A DNA stretch of 61,569 nucleotides, filler included, from Pirum gemmata (lineage: Eukaryota): NCBI GenBank assembly GCA_002812295.1. It is 20 parts of 20 records of this genome, joined end to end, with 100 filler letters (N's around TTAATTAATTAA, not from the genome) between each part and the next. Parts side by side here need not be neighbours in the genome. Positions count along the whole stretch, not along the records: positions 33,678 to 36,611 come from PDIN01003978.1; positions 36,712 to 39,665 come from PDIN01003979.1; positions 39,766 to 42,712 come from PDIN01003980.1; positions 42,813 to 46,402 come from PDIN01003981.1; positions 46,503 to 49,407 come from PDIN01003982.1; 15 more parts are not named here. One strand, written 5' to 3'. The stretch's first letter is position 1. Each line of letters begins with the position of its first letter. Made by a program: the position numbers and the translations under genes. A model generated the notes under the pieces. That model made no database searches and had not been told where the DNA came from. It saw only the letters and a list, made by a program, of their open reading frames with translations. This document shows, piece by piece, positions 33,707-47,785 of the stretch.

Positions 33707-36611
33707 TATTACAATGACCATTAGCATTTAAGTAGGTACCCATAGCACAGTCATTACAAGTAATATTTTCAAACCCATGAACTCCAATACAACTCAACAC
33801 ATTGCTTTCGTTTTTACAATTACCATAACTACTAATTGCAACAGTCTTGCATGATTGAGAGTAGTTAGTCGGATTTAAATGATACCCTACTGCAGCTCGT
33901 GCACAAGTTATATTCTCAAGTCCATTATTACCTGAGCACGTGCTTACACTATCTTCTCCATCACAATGCCCAATAGAAGCTATGGTATTAGTTTGACATT
34001 CTATTATAAACGTACCAACCAAATTTTAAATAGAAAGTTTTTTAAAAAAATAGTAAATTATTTAATACCATCGATAATAATTAAAAATAAAATACACCTC
34101 AAAAAAAAATAACTCTTCAAATAAAATACTCTCCAAAAAAAATGTATTTTTAACTTACTTTTTGCAACATTATCGACTCCCAAATAGTACCCAGACGCAG
34201 CTTCAGTACATGTGACATTTTCCAACCCATTTTCTGAACCACATGTATAAACGGTAGTACTAGATGCACAATGCCCAAATATCATGATTAAACCAGTTTT
34301 ACAACTACTGGCAACCTTATCAACCCCCAAATAGTATCCTAACGTGACTGCACTACACGTGACATTTGCCAAGCCATTATTTGACGCACAACCAGTTACC
34401 GAAAGAGTGCTTTCACAGTTACCGTAACTACTAACTGCGTCAGTATTACATGATTGAGAATGGTTATTTGAATCTAAATGATATCCTACTGAAGCTCGTG
34501 CACAAGTTATATTCTCAAGCCCATTATCACCTGAGCATGTATTTACGTTATTGTCTCCATCACAATACCCAGACGACGCTATTTCACTAGTTTGACATGC
34601 TATTAAAAATGTATAACAAAGTTTTTAAAGAAAAGTAAAAATGACGAACTAAGCAATACTATCCAGCAACAAAAAAAACCACACACATGTACATTATATA
34701 TATATTAAACTTACTTTTTGTGATATTATTAATATCCAGATAGTATCCAGAAGCAGCTTCAGTGCATGTAACATTTTCTAACCCATTTTCCGAAGCACAC
34801 GTATACACGGTAGAACTAGATGCACAATGTCCAAAGGTCATGATTAAATCAGTTTTACAGCTATGAGCAACGTTATCTACCCCCAAATAGTACCCTAACG
34901 TAACTGCACTACACGTGACATTTTCCATACCATTATTTGACGTACAACCAGTTACTGAAACAGCGCTTTTACAGTTACCATAATTGCTAATTGTTTCGGT
35001 CTTACATGATTGAGAGTGCTTAGTAGAATCCAAATAATATCCTACTGCCGCTCGTGCACAAGTTATATTCTCAAGTCCATTATTACCTGAGCACGAGCTT
35101 ACGTTATCTTCTCCATCACAATGACCAATGGAAGCTATGGTAATAGTTTGACATGCTATTGCAATATGATGTTATTTTATTGTAAGTATTCATTACTGCT
35201 ATAATATGTTTTAGTCTTATAAAGCACCAGTATAAAAATAACTTAAATAAACAAACCAGGGTTAGGGTTAAGGTTAGGGTTAGGGAGTGTTAGGGGAAAG
35301 GATCAAAGGTAGGCTTTGGGTTAGGGTTAGGTTAAGGGTTAGGTTAAGGGTTAGGCATAAGCTAAGGGTTAAGCTTAAGTTTAGGCTAAGGGTTAGGCTT
35401 AAGATAAGGCTTAGGCTTAGGCTTAGGCTTAGGCTTAGGCTTAGGCTTAGGCTTAGGCTTAGGCTTAGGCTTAGGCTTAACTTATAAAAAATTGGTACAA
35501 AATTACTTACATAAACAATCATTGTTATTATTGATATAAGCACCAGTTCTACATTCTGAGCATTTAATGTTAGTTTTGCCCCATTCTCCCCCACAAGACA
35601 TCACATTTCCAGTATCAAGACAATTCCCGGTAGTTTTGATTAGTTCTGTTTGACATTCTGATATATTGGGGTTGGGTTTAGGTTTAGGTCAGTGATAGGT
35701 TGTGTTTTTTGACATTCAGTAATAATTATTTAATGGATAAAGTTAGGGGAGGGTTAGGGTTAGGGTTAGAGCTAGTTCCAAAGTTAGGGTTAGGTTTAGG
35801 TTTAAAACTGGGCTTAGAGTTAAGGTTAGGCTTAGATTTAGATCAGTGTTAATTGTTTAATGGATAAAGTTAGGGGAAAAGGTTAGAGCTAGTGCTAAAG
35901 TTAGGGTTAGGGTTAGGTTTAAGACTGGACGTAGAGTTAAGGTTAGGATTAGGATTAGGTGAGCGTTAGGGTGTGTGTTTTAGCATTCAATAATAATTGT
36001 TTAATAGATAAAGTCAGGGGAAGAGGTTAGAGCTAGGGCCAAAGTTAGGGTTAGGGTTAGGTTTAAGACGGGTTAGGTTTAAGACGGGTTAGGTTTAGGT
36101 TTAGGATAAGGTTTAGGGTAGTGCCAGGGTGTATTTCTTGGCATTCAATAATAATTGTTTAATGGACAAAGTTAGGGGAAGAGGTTAGAGCTAGGGCTAG
36201 GTTAGGTTTAGGTTTAGGTTTAGGTGTAAGACTGGGGTTAAGGTTAAGGTTAAGGTTACATAAGGATTACAGTTAGGGTTGACAGAAACAATTATAATTT
36301 AAAATTGAAATTATATCGTCCAAATTAAGACAAATATTGTAACTAAGATAGGTGAGTAAGGGTTAGGGTTAGGGTTAGGGTTAGGGTAAGGGTTAGGGTT
36401 AGGGTTAGGGTTAGGGTTAGGGTTAGGGTTAGGGTTAGGGTTGGCTAGAAAACAATTAAAATTTAATTATACCCTCACAATCATGTGTAAAGCTATTCTC
36501 ATAATAACCATATTCACAAACACTGCAATTGATATCTAACAAACCATTTATCCCACTACAAGCAACAACCTTACTACTACTACTGCTACTACTACTACTA
36601 TTACTACTACT
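33707..36611 (-). CDS. Cysteine-rich repeat protein, probably extracellular; internal exons ~36473-36611, 35511-35657, 34715-35155, 34159-34599, 33707-34000
   Basis: GT-AG exons of 147, 441, 441 and 294 bp, all phase 1-1, encoding a 49-aa repeat C-x8-G[HN]C-x8-C-x4-G-x2-N[IV]xC-x5-GYYL. Confidence 0.88.
35670..36260 (+). repeat. Intronic ~130-150-bp tandem repeat built from degenerate telomeric hexamers
   Basis: Four units containing AATT(G/A)TTTAATGGATAAAGTTAGGGGA..GGTTAGAGCTAG..AAAGTTAGGGTTAGG. Confidence 0.8.
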
Positions 36612-37097
36612 NNNNNNNNNNNNNNNNNNNNNNNNNNNNNNNNNNNNNNNNNNNNTTAATTAATTAANNNNNNNNNNNNNNNNNNNNNNNNNNNNNNNNN
36701 NNNNNNNNNNNTAACAATAATAATAACAATAATAACAATAATAACAATAATAAAATAATAACAGTAATAACAATAATTTCAATAGCAACAATAATAGCAA
36801 TAGCAACAATAATGACAATAATAACAAAACAATAATGACAATAATAATAACAATAACAAAACAATAACAAAACTAAAAAAAAAAGAACCCTTTACTTAAA
36901 ATTACTATTTACTGTTTAACAAAATTAATTTTAAAAACTCTAAATAAAAAAGCACACCTCCTATTCTTGAAAATTGGAAAACCGAAAGTAGTGAAAATTT
37001 GTATATACAAAACTATGAAAAAAATTTTCCTTTTGTTTATATACAATTTTGTTAAAATGATTATTGGAACAGAAAAGAGGAAGGAGGAAAAGAAAAG

Positions 37098-37138
<41 letters not shown>

Positions 37139-38085
37139 AGACCGATTTTTTTTATTTTTTTTTTTGGAGGGGTTTCGTCCCCCTTGCTTAGCCTACTCTG
37201 GCTTTCTTAAACGAGGGCCTCTTCGTTAACTACCCCCGTTTGGAATTAAAAATAAATGGAGTTCACTAAAAAAAAAAAATTATTAGTCTAGACCTATTTA
37301 TATGATATTTATTATGTATATAAAAAAGACCATCGCCTCCCCCCCAACCACCTCACCTCTTCGAACCGAATCGAGCCAGAAATTTTCCTTCAAATCCAGT
37401 CTTTCAGTCTCGCTTTTTGGTTAGACTGCTCGAGCTTGCTAGAGTACTGTAGCTACAGCTAGCTAGACGGGTTATTAAAAAAAAATTCATATTATTTTTT
37501 TATAATAAATATGATTACTATCGGATAGCTACAGTAGCTAGCTAGCTAGTAGCTATCCCGTACTAGCTAGTAGTAGCTACTAGTCTAGCTATTAATTAAA
37601 CTAGAGAAAAGGGCAAAAAAAATATGATTAAAAAAATAAAAAAAGTTTTTAACAGCCAAGCTGGATAAAACTGTCTACAGAAATCTTTTTTTTTTAGACT
37701 TCTTTTTCTAAAAATGTTTAATTATAACTATCCAAATTAGTTTTAAAATCTGGCCATTGGCTCATAATATATTTTTACTAGTTAAATGCTTCCCCAACAT
37801 TTGGTAGTACTTTTATTAAAATTGGATATGGTGGATGCCGCCATTTTTATCCCGCTAGTAGTTTTTTTTTTTTTTTTTTTTATTTAAAAAAAAGTTTTTT
37901 TTTGGTGACTTTTTTTTTATTTTTTTTATTTTTTTTTTGTTTTTNNNNNNNNNNNNNNNNNNNNNNNNNNNNNNNNNNNNNNNNNNNNNNNNNNNNNNNN
38001 NNNNNNNNNNNNNNNNNNNNNNNNNNNNNNNNNNNNNNNNNNNNNNNNNNNNNNNNNNNNNNNNNNNNNNNNNNNNNNNNNNNNN

Positions 38086-38190
38086 CAACAAACAACAAAC
38101 AAACAACAAACAACAAACAACAAACAACAAACAACAAACAACAAACAACAAACAACAAACAACAAACAACAAACAACAAACAACAAACAG
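38086..38190 (+). repeat. (CAAACAA)n heptamer microsatellite
   Basis: Direct reading. Confidence 0.95.
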
Positions 38191-39880
38191 CAAACACCCA
38201 TGGCCAATATTAATTAATTGATATAATATCATACTAAAATATAAAAATCAACAAACAGAAGAGTACTAATTAATGTACTAGCTAGTCTAATTTACCCGAA
38301 ATTGTTTTTGTACAAAGAAAATAAAAATAATATTATTAGACTAATAGCAAAATAAAAGCACGTATTAATATTAATATTAATACAGTATTATATTATTAAT
38401 TAAAAAAGAGTCGTAGACAAACCACTGACAAAAGTTTTCGCTACTAGTTAGTAGTAGAAAGTCTTCGTTTAATATTATATTAATATTATAGCTCCTTTCT
38501 TTTATCTATTAAATTTTTTATAAAATAAAATAAAATAATTGACGTTACATTAATATTATTAACGTATGCCCGAAAAAGTTAAAAAGTCATTGTAATTATT
38601 TATAATTAGGAGCACTGTCATTCTTCTTGACCAACATATTACACAAGATTTAAATCAGCTTCATCAATTAATATCACAATTAAGTAGCTATTATATACTC
38701 TTTTTTTCTCACAAGGTAGTATTAATATAATAAAATTCAATGTTTTAAATAAGTTTCTTATTTTGCGCTTTATGCATATGGGAACATGTTAGACTTGTAT
38801 TCGAAGTTATGAAATACTTTAAAAAAATTAATATTAATTGTACTGTGGTGTTGTGATGATTGATTAATTATAATGTTAGTTAATTATTAATACTAGGAAC
38901 ACACTGATAGAAAACATGAAATGGTATTATATTATATCAATATATCTGATTCAATACTAATTATCATACCAGTACACAAGGTTGATAATGGTACACTTAA
39001 AATATGATAAAGTTGATTTATCAACGATAAGATTGTTTGATTTTTTTAAAACACACTTTTATATTAATAATTAATAATATATTTAAATAATGATGATTAT
39101 CAATATATCGTTCATGACTCGTAAAACCTGACACGTAAACAAGTTCTTTAGAATAAAAAAATAAAATACAACAACCAAACATTTATTTAATCACCTATAT
39201 ATGTTAGTTAGGGTTAGGGTCAGGGTTAGAGTTAACTGCATAGAAACATTATATACAACAATTGCTCTTATTGTTGACATTATCTTTGCTGTAAATTCTA
39301 TTCTGCATTTGTAATTGGTGGTGTTATTAATAAGTGTTTATAGTTCAGTACTAGTAGCCGTAATTGTTGGACTTTATAATAATAATTTAAAATATCGACA
39401 TATGAACGATATATTGATAATCATCATTATTTAAAAATATATTATTATTTTTTTATTCTAAAGAACTTGTTTACGTGTCAGGTTTTACGTGTCATTATTA
39501 TATATACTGTTACGTAGTTAACCCCTCTTCGCCTAAAAATGAATATTTTAATTAGGGAGGTGAGAACACATGACTTTTTTCTACTGGGTAGGGAAGATAT
39601 TTGTATGTAGTCTTTCGAATCGAGCCTTTTTTGTTTGTTTGTTTGTTTGTTTGTTTTTTGATTTCNNNNNNNNNNNNNNNNNNNNNNNNNNNNNNNNNNN
39701 NNNNNNNNNTTAATTAATTAANNNNNNNNNNNNNNNNNNNNNNNNNNNNNNNNNNNNNNNNNNNNACAATTATACATTAAAAATGTTTTTTATTTAAATA
39801 GTAATAGTAATATTAATATTATATATATACTATATATTATACGTTTATATATTATATAAATAAATAAATATATTATTTAG

Positions 39881-42417
39881 GTTTTTTTTTCTCTGCCTAT
39901 TTAATACTGGTTCAAATTTGGAATCCAAAAGTTAAAATTCTCCTATTGTTCTTTAGCGTTATTTTTTTCTCCCATACATCAATTCATAGCAAATACGAAA
40001 CAGTAGCCAAAACGCTTGTGTGTTTGGTCACCGCAACCGCTATTTCTATAGCGGTCAATGTCTTCTTTACTTTAAAAACTCAACATCAAAAATTGTTAGA
40101 AACGAGCGAAACCTTATTGCAATTAAGTTATTGTGCATGGTCGTTATCTTTTTTTCCCAGTACAGAAAATGACCATCTTGAAAAAGCTTTAGTCCAAGCA
40201 AAGTTGGATAGTATCAAAGAAAATTTTCAATTTTTATTAGAATTACATATGAAAAGTAAAAAATTATGTTGCGCTGAACCCTTTAATCACCACAATGGTT
40301 TTGGTGAATTATGTAATTATGTATCTGACTTCGTTATAAAACAAAAAGAGCTGTTAGAACACGTACATAGGTTAAAAGATGATGATAAAATGGTAAGCAC
40401 TATGGAATTTATTAAAAAAGACAAGGAAATGTGCGAATTTATTATTAAATTAAAGGATTTAAATGGTAAAGTTACAAAAGAAATAGCCAATGATCTTCAA
40501 ATCACTTATAAAAATGCTCATTTTTTTCCTTTTCTGCACGCTAAAAATACACAGTACATCTATAGTAATAGTGTGGAATATATAAGTACCAATAGAGAAA
40601 AGTATTCTAGTTTGTTTAATGAGTTAAATAGTACTATAAGTTCGTTTGAATCTTTGCTTTATAAGTTGGTACTCGAAAATTATCATCAATTATTACAGGA
40701 ACGATCTTCGACACAACATCGGATGCTAGTAGTAAAATACCACACTAGATTTTGCGCACATATTCAAAATCTTAAAAAGACATTAGAAAATTACAGTGAA
40801 GTTAATAAGAAGTTTGCTTCTTTTTTTGAAAAAAGAAGTAACATCAATAACGATAAGAAAGAAATCAACAATGTTGCCACGCAAAGTAAAACACAGTATA
40901 ATTTCCAAAAGGTCTTTTTTACTTTACTGCATATGATACAAATGAGTTTTGCTCCCAATTTTCGAATTATTAGAAATTCATATTTCAGAACAGCAATTCT
41001 TGTGTTGAAACCTGTAGTCGGGATAATAATCGGTTCATTGTGGCTATGGGTTCCTGGTTTATATACACCCAACGCATCTTCGGTACGATTTTATTCACAA
41101 AGTTACTGGGCCGCTATGACTGTTTGTTTAGTATATAGAGATGATGTCAAAAATTTAATGGTGGCCGGATATTCACGGTTGTTAACCCAAATTGTTGGTG
41201 TAGGTTTTACATCCATTTATTTTATTTATTGCCCGCATCTGTGGCCTTTTGCCATTTACTTACCTTTAGTAGCGGGAATTTTCGGAACTGCTTTTTCAAA
41301 TCCTAATTTTAGTAGTTATACGAATACTGGTTTAATTGCATTGATCGTTTCTGGTGTAGATTCCATTGCCAATGCACATTCTTACTCTGCTAATCTTGAT
41401 CGCGATATAATGGTTCAAACCACTTATAATCGTATTTTTTTAACTATAACCGGTGTAGTTATTGCTGTACTAATTGGTTGTGGTATATACCCGGTACACA
41501 CAATTGATCTGTTTTATGATACATTCTGTAAAATAAGTGCAAAGTTGAGTCACCAGGTTAAGGAAACGAATCAAGCCTTGATTACATTGAAAATGATACA
41601 AAATATCAAAAATCAAAATACCGTTAACAATGCTACAGTAACACAACAACAAACGACAACAGTTACTACGGATACTACCTCCCCTCCATTCGTTAAAGAT
41701 TCAAAACATACTTCCCTCATGTTTAATAACCCCACTGGGAAAATGACTTTGGAAACAAACTCAACCCCAAATGAATGTTCTATCACCATAGATGAAGATA
41801 CCAAGAGTGTGTATAGTCGAAATGTAAAAGAGTGCAAAGAAGGTATACAACAAGCCATAAACTTATTTAGTATTGTGGATGGCAAGAGCACGGAACCCCG
41901 AATGTTCTCTGAAGAATTTAATGAAGCTCAGGCTAAAAAAACCATAGTATCTTTGAAAGAATGCTGGATGTTGTTATATATTACTAACGAAGTTGTGTTA
42001 AGAAAATTGTCAAAACGAAAAGAGCTTGTTTTTAATCAAAGTGTTTGGTCAAAAATTGACTTAGATACTTTAGCTTGTTTCATTGAAAAATTACATGCAG
42101 CTGTGAATGATATTCATGCGTTTTTGTTGTGCTATTCTTTTAAAAGTAGTAGTATGCGTGGTAGGGTTGATACCACCAACCTGAAAGAAGCAATGGCTTT
42201 AAAAAGCGATTTAACAATGCAATTTGCGCTTGGTTGTGAGAAAGTTCTTCTGGAACATTCCCTTGACGTCCATGATGAAAATAAATCAGAGGAGCTAATT
42301 GAAGATCATCATTTTCAATTTGCAATAATGAGACTGGCTGAAAAAATCAATGATCTGATGAGTCGCAGTATTAAGCTTTCTTACGAGTTAGATATTGTTA
42401 GAGAAAAATTAATGTAA
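39881..42417 (+). CDS. Terminal exon of a FUSC/ArAE/ALMT-superfamily membrane transporter
   Basis: Acceptor TTTAG at 39880 is in frame with the 823-aa ORF. TM block with SYWAAMTVCLVY, GYSRLLTQIVGVG and YNRIFLTITGVVIAVLIGCGIYP, followed by a helical cytosolic domain. Confidence 0.78.
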
Positions 42418-44570
42418 ATTATAATAATTACATTATGAATTAATTTTTTTTTAATTATTAAATAATGATACCGTAAAATATAGGACTTTTAAGTTTTAAC
42501 TGATGCAAAAACATTATCGGTATTAAAACCATAGTTATATTATATGCATCCCTTTTATTTATTATATAATGTGCGACTTGTGAATAGTACTAGAGTTAGG
42601 GTTAGGGTTAGGGTTAGGGTTTGGGTTAAGGTTAAGGTTAGGGTTAGGGTTCAGGTTAGGGTTAAGGTTAGGGTTAGGGTTTGGGTTAGGGTTAGGGTTA
42701 GGGTTAGGGTTANNNNNNNNNNNNNNNNNNNNNNNNNNNNNNNNNNNNNNNNNNNNTTAATTAATTAANNNNNNNNNNNNNNNNNNNNNNNNNNNNNNNN
42801 NNNNNNNNNNNNTTTTTTTTTTTTTTTTTTAAGCTTTTTTTTATTTTAATTTTTTTTTAAAATTTAAATTTATTATTATTTTAGAATGTACGAATAATAT
42901 CACGACATCAATTTCTGGCTAGAGCAACCACGAAAAAAGCTCTGGAAGAAATGGGTTGATCAAAAAAAAAAAAAAAAAAATGGATAAATTTGCACAATAA
43001 TTTATTTTTCTAGAAACATAGACCGTAGACAACACGAAGTTTACAATTAATATATATGCTGGTCTTATATTGTAAATTATTTTCATACTGAATGTTGAAT
43101 AGAAAACAATTAAAACTGATATTTAAGAACGATATGGAATTGTCGCACTCTTTGAAGGTTAGTTTTTTGTAATAATAGTAGTACATTTTCTTATCAAAGA
43201 GGTGGTGTAACAATATGCCCAAAAGTGAATTGTTTTATTGATTTAATCTTTGTTCTAACCTGGCTGTTAGTCATCATTTTGTGCTGTTATGTAATAACAT
43301 ATAAATGGATGCCCCTGTGTTTCGGCTATAGCATCGCGGTGCTTAAGCCCAGCCAAATGCCTTCAAATGGCTTTTATAATAGCATTATATTATGAAAACT
43401 GTTGCGTGAAACTTAGTTAAGACATGTAATTTAATATGCCAGTTCTACACCCTTTCTTAGCTTGGTTGAAATAAATTAAGTTAATGAAGGAGTATATTAT
43501 AATATTAGTCGACTTAGTATTGCTTATTTATCATTATCATTATCATCATTATTTCTGTAACTATTGCATTATGATATGATATTAATATGATGATACAATG
43601 TGGAAACCAGCATTTTCCATCGTTTTGGCTTCCTGTTCAAGCAAGACAACAGTTACTGTGAAGTATTTTAGAAAATTAACACCACCAAGTATTTCTTACT
43701 AAATTCACTATTACTGAAAATATTCCATGCTACTACTTTTGGTTCTAGAACAGTACTGGAGCCCAGATACTTTAACCCAAAGCTGTTTCTGTATCCCTGT
43801 GTATTATGTTAACTTAATGTTTATTTATTTATTTTTATCAACTTTGACTGCAGAAAGCACTTAGAAATGACCACTGCCTGTTTTTGTGCCGGGTTAATAA
43901 AGCAACAAGTGTCAAGTCAAAAATACTAGCCCATAATAATATCGAATTAATTCTCATTTGATTATCTATATAATGTTGGGAGATTAAAAAAAGTGATGTT
44001 TATCGATTTAATTGTTTGTAACGTTCGCATCTGTCGAGTACTGGACTCGGTAACTGGAGTGTATTGGATAGGTTATAGTTTATATAGTTGGACTTTTGAG
44101 CAAGTCTCGCTAAACGCTTTTGTTTTGCTAAAAACTTCATTTGTAAAAACCCTTACGGCTCACTCGTGGTTATCGTAGTTAGTTCAAATGTGGCCCATTT
44201 ATGTGGGAAGGTGTGAACATGTCACCAGGTCGGATTGCGTGAGCCCTTCAATCTGAACATCTCCGGCTCGATATCGTGCCTTTCATTTATTTTGTCACTC
44301 TGAATATTTATTTGGAGGGTTATAATCTTTAAATTAACATTTTTAAATCAATACTAGATAATAAAATACACCAAAATTAAATTAAATGGATTTATATTGT
44401 ATTCCACAATTTAGTATGATATGACTTAGTTTTTTTTTTTCTAGACTCACCCAGTACCCTCCAAGAAAGTAGTAGACTAATCACAGACTAATCATAATTC
44501 ATCTTTACTTCGAGTAATGCCACACCACTTTGGGCATTTAAATAGAAAATCAATAAATAAATAAATACAT

Positions 44571-44635
<65 letters not shown>

Positions 44636-44988
44636 TTTCTAACGTAGATTTTGATAAGTAAGCCTTGGCTTTTGATTGTAAATTGTGAATTTCAGCGTAT
44701 TTTTTAAAAGAAAGATAAGCAGGACATCGGGGTAGCGCATAATTACAATTTTTCCTTTTGTTAAAAAAGTGCTCTTATTATACTAAGATTCAGCACTACG
44801 ATTTTGATTATTGCTTAGTTCCAGAATATACTACTTCGTATTGAGCTCATTTCTAAAGCAGCGTTCTAAAATATTATTATGCTATAATTCACTTGGTACT
44901 GCTTTATTTCATAATATTACTATTGTACTATAATATTATATTTAAAACAGCTTGGTATTATACTATTGATAGTGTCTTTTAAGATAAT

Positions 44989-45698
44989 TCATTTTACACT
45001 TTTGGTAAGTTGAACACCTGAAAACGAGTTTTCTAAGCACAATGCTAACTTGATTTCTATATCGTTTACCCTTGACTCACAAAGGACTATCGTCACAATT
45101 TTCTTTAACAAAATTACTCCTTCATTAAACCCTCCCATGGTTATTTCAGAAAACAATATTTCTTCTGCAATGCTGTTCATTTCATTGTTTATTCCATTGT
45201 GTTACCATTCGAAATATCTGTAATGCTGTTTATTACATTGTAAATAGAATTTCTCCCTTCACGGCATCATTTTAAGTATTCGAAATATCTGCAATGGTAT
45301 TCATTTCATTGTATATTCCATGCATTGAGTAAATAGAATTTATCCCTTCACATAATTCTACTGTTTTTCTGTTTTTATTCTTGTTAGTATTAGAAATATC
45401 TGTAATATTATTCATTTCCATTGTTGATTTTAATACATTGAATATCTCCCTTCACACCATCCTTTTCTGTGTTTAGTTTATTATGATCATCAACATTCGC
45501 AATATCTGCAATGCTGTTCATTTGATACTTTTTTACATTGCTGATTTCAAAAAGTCCCCTCTCAACATCATTCTCCCTGTGTATGTTTTTGTTATCAGTA
45601 TTCGAAATGTGTAGAATGCTGTTCATTTCATTGTTTATTCCATCGCAGGTTTCAGTAAGTAGAATTACTCCGTTCACAACATCTTTTTCTATGTTCAT
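44989..45698 (-). pseudogene. Degenerate tandem-repeat coding region (~35-40-aa units, EMNSIADISN)
   Basis: MNSILHISN, MNSIADIAN, MNNITDISN, MNTIADISN and MNSIAEE recur across frameshifts and stops. Confidence 0.5.
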
Positions 45699-45701
45699 TT
45701 T

Positions 45702-45754
<53 letters not shown>

Positions 45755-45820
45755 CATTATTATTATTANNNNNNNNNNNNNNNNNNNNNNNNNNNNNTAT
45801 TATTATTATTATTATTATAG

Positions 45821-46354
45821 GACCTGGTGGTCGCGATTTACTATGCTTACGTGGTTCACTTCCTCTTCAAAATAATCAAAGTAGTCTTTCTGTAGTGATT
45901 TGGATTAAAGAGGATTTCCCTCACTCAGCCCCAATCTGCAGTTTTCAAAAAGGTTTAATTAATTAAGTTTTTTTTTTGTTTTTTTTTGTTTGTTTGTTAT
46001 TCATATGTTTTTATTCAATTTTAATTGTGTAAACGAAAATAACATACTAACTATTATTATTATTAATAATATTGTTAATGCCTTGTATTATTCCTACTAT
46101 GATCATTCCATTGCAATATTTCTTTCTTCGTATATATTAATTATTGTACCATAGTTCTTAATTTATTTATTTATTTATTCTCACGCACTTCTAGGTGCTA
46201 CTGGACCGGTGAACAATGATCCAAATTTGTCCATCGCACCTACAGGAGAAATTCACCACCCCTTATTATCAGTGTGGAATTATTCTAACCCCTCCATTTT
46301 GGACCTCGTATTTAAATTACAATCGATTTATAATTCACCTTCAGAAAACATACC
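45821..46354 (+). CDS. UEV-domain protein (TSG101/Vps23/VPS37A-like), exons 45821-45952 and 46195-46354
   Basis: Spliced product GPGGRDLLCLRGSLPL..VVIWIKEDFPHSAPICSFQKGATGPVNNDPNLSIAPTGEIHHPLLSVWNYSNPSILDLV resembles TSG101 L.L.GTIP..IWL...YP..PP.C...GKIY.PYL..W. Confidence 0.75.
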
Positions 46355-47393
46355 GTAAGTCTAATATAAGTTTCTACCCCCCCCCCCTTTTTTTTTTTTT
46401 TTNNNNNNNNNNNNNNNNNNNNNNNNNNNNNNNNNNNNNNNNNNNNTTAATTAATTAANNNNNNNNNNNNNNNNNNNNNNNNNNNNNNNNNNNNNNNNNN
46501 NNATAGTAATAGTAATAGTAATAGTAATTAATAGTAATAGTACTAATAGTAATATTAAAATAGTAATTAATAGGAATAGGAATAGGAATAGGAATAGGAA
46601 TAGGAATAGTACTAGGAATAGTAATAATAATAGTAATAGTATTAATAATAGTAATAGTAATAGTATTGTAATATAATAGTAATAGCAATAGTAATAGTAA
46701 TGGTAATGGTAATAGTAATAGTAATAGTAATAGTAATAGTAATAGTAATAGTAATAGTAATAGTAGTGTAATATTAGTAATAGCAATAGTAATTAAAATA
46801 ATAGTAATAGTAATAGTAATATTAGTAATAGTAATAGTAATAATATTAGTAATAGTACTAGTACTAGTATTAATAATAGTATTAATAATAGTAATTAATA
46901 TTAATAGTAATTAATAATAGTACTAGTAATAGTAATAGTAATAGTAATAGTAATAGCAATAGTAATAGTAATAGTAATAGTAACAGTACTGTAATATTAT
47001 GACTAGGATTGGAATTGGGATTAAGGTTACGGTTAGGGTTACTGTTATGATTACAGGTCTGTGTGGTCTGTTAGGGTTAATTAAGGACTGTTATAAGTAA
47101 GGTCTGATAGAGTGAAATTAGGAATTGTTGGGTTTGTTAGGGTGTTAGAGTTAAATTTGGATTGGCGTTAACGTTAGGGTTGAGACACTGTTAGGACTAA
47201 GTCAGGGTTGACGTTGGGGTTGAGGCGTTGGGGAATGTTGAGGTACACTACACTACACTACACTACGCTACACTACGCTGCAAATACAAATACAATACGT
47301 TATTAATACAATATCAGTACACTCCACATGTTGTCGTAGAAGTATACTGGTGGAGGACACATACAGTGCGTTATCAATATTGTTTTTAGTCTC

Positions 47394-47785
47394 ATACAAT
47401 ACAACAATACAACAATACAGTTACAATACAACAATACAACGTTAACAATACAACAATACAACAATACAACAATACAACAATACAACAATACAACAATACA
47501 ACAATACAACAATACAACAATACAATTACAATACAACAATACAACAATACAACAATACAACAGTACAACAATACAGTTACAATACAACAATACAACNNNN
47601 NNNATACAACAATACAACAATACAACAATACAACAATACAACAATACAACAATACAACAATACAACAATACAACAATACAACAATACAACAATACAACAA
47701 TACAACAATACAGCAATGTAACAATACAACAATACAACAATACAACAAAGCTACAACAATACAACAATACAACAATACAACAATA
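47394..47785 (+). repeat. (ATACAACA)n octamer microsatellite
   Basis: Direct reading; source of the spurious LLYCCIVV ORFs. Confidence 0.95.

Noticed and set aside
37165..37240. Hammerhead ribozyme suggested by GGACGAAAC on the minus strand
   Set aside because: No CUGAnGA core in a compatible stem arrangement; only a short GGGG/CCCC hairpin.
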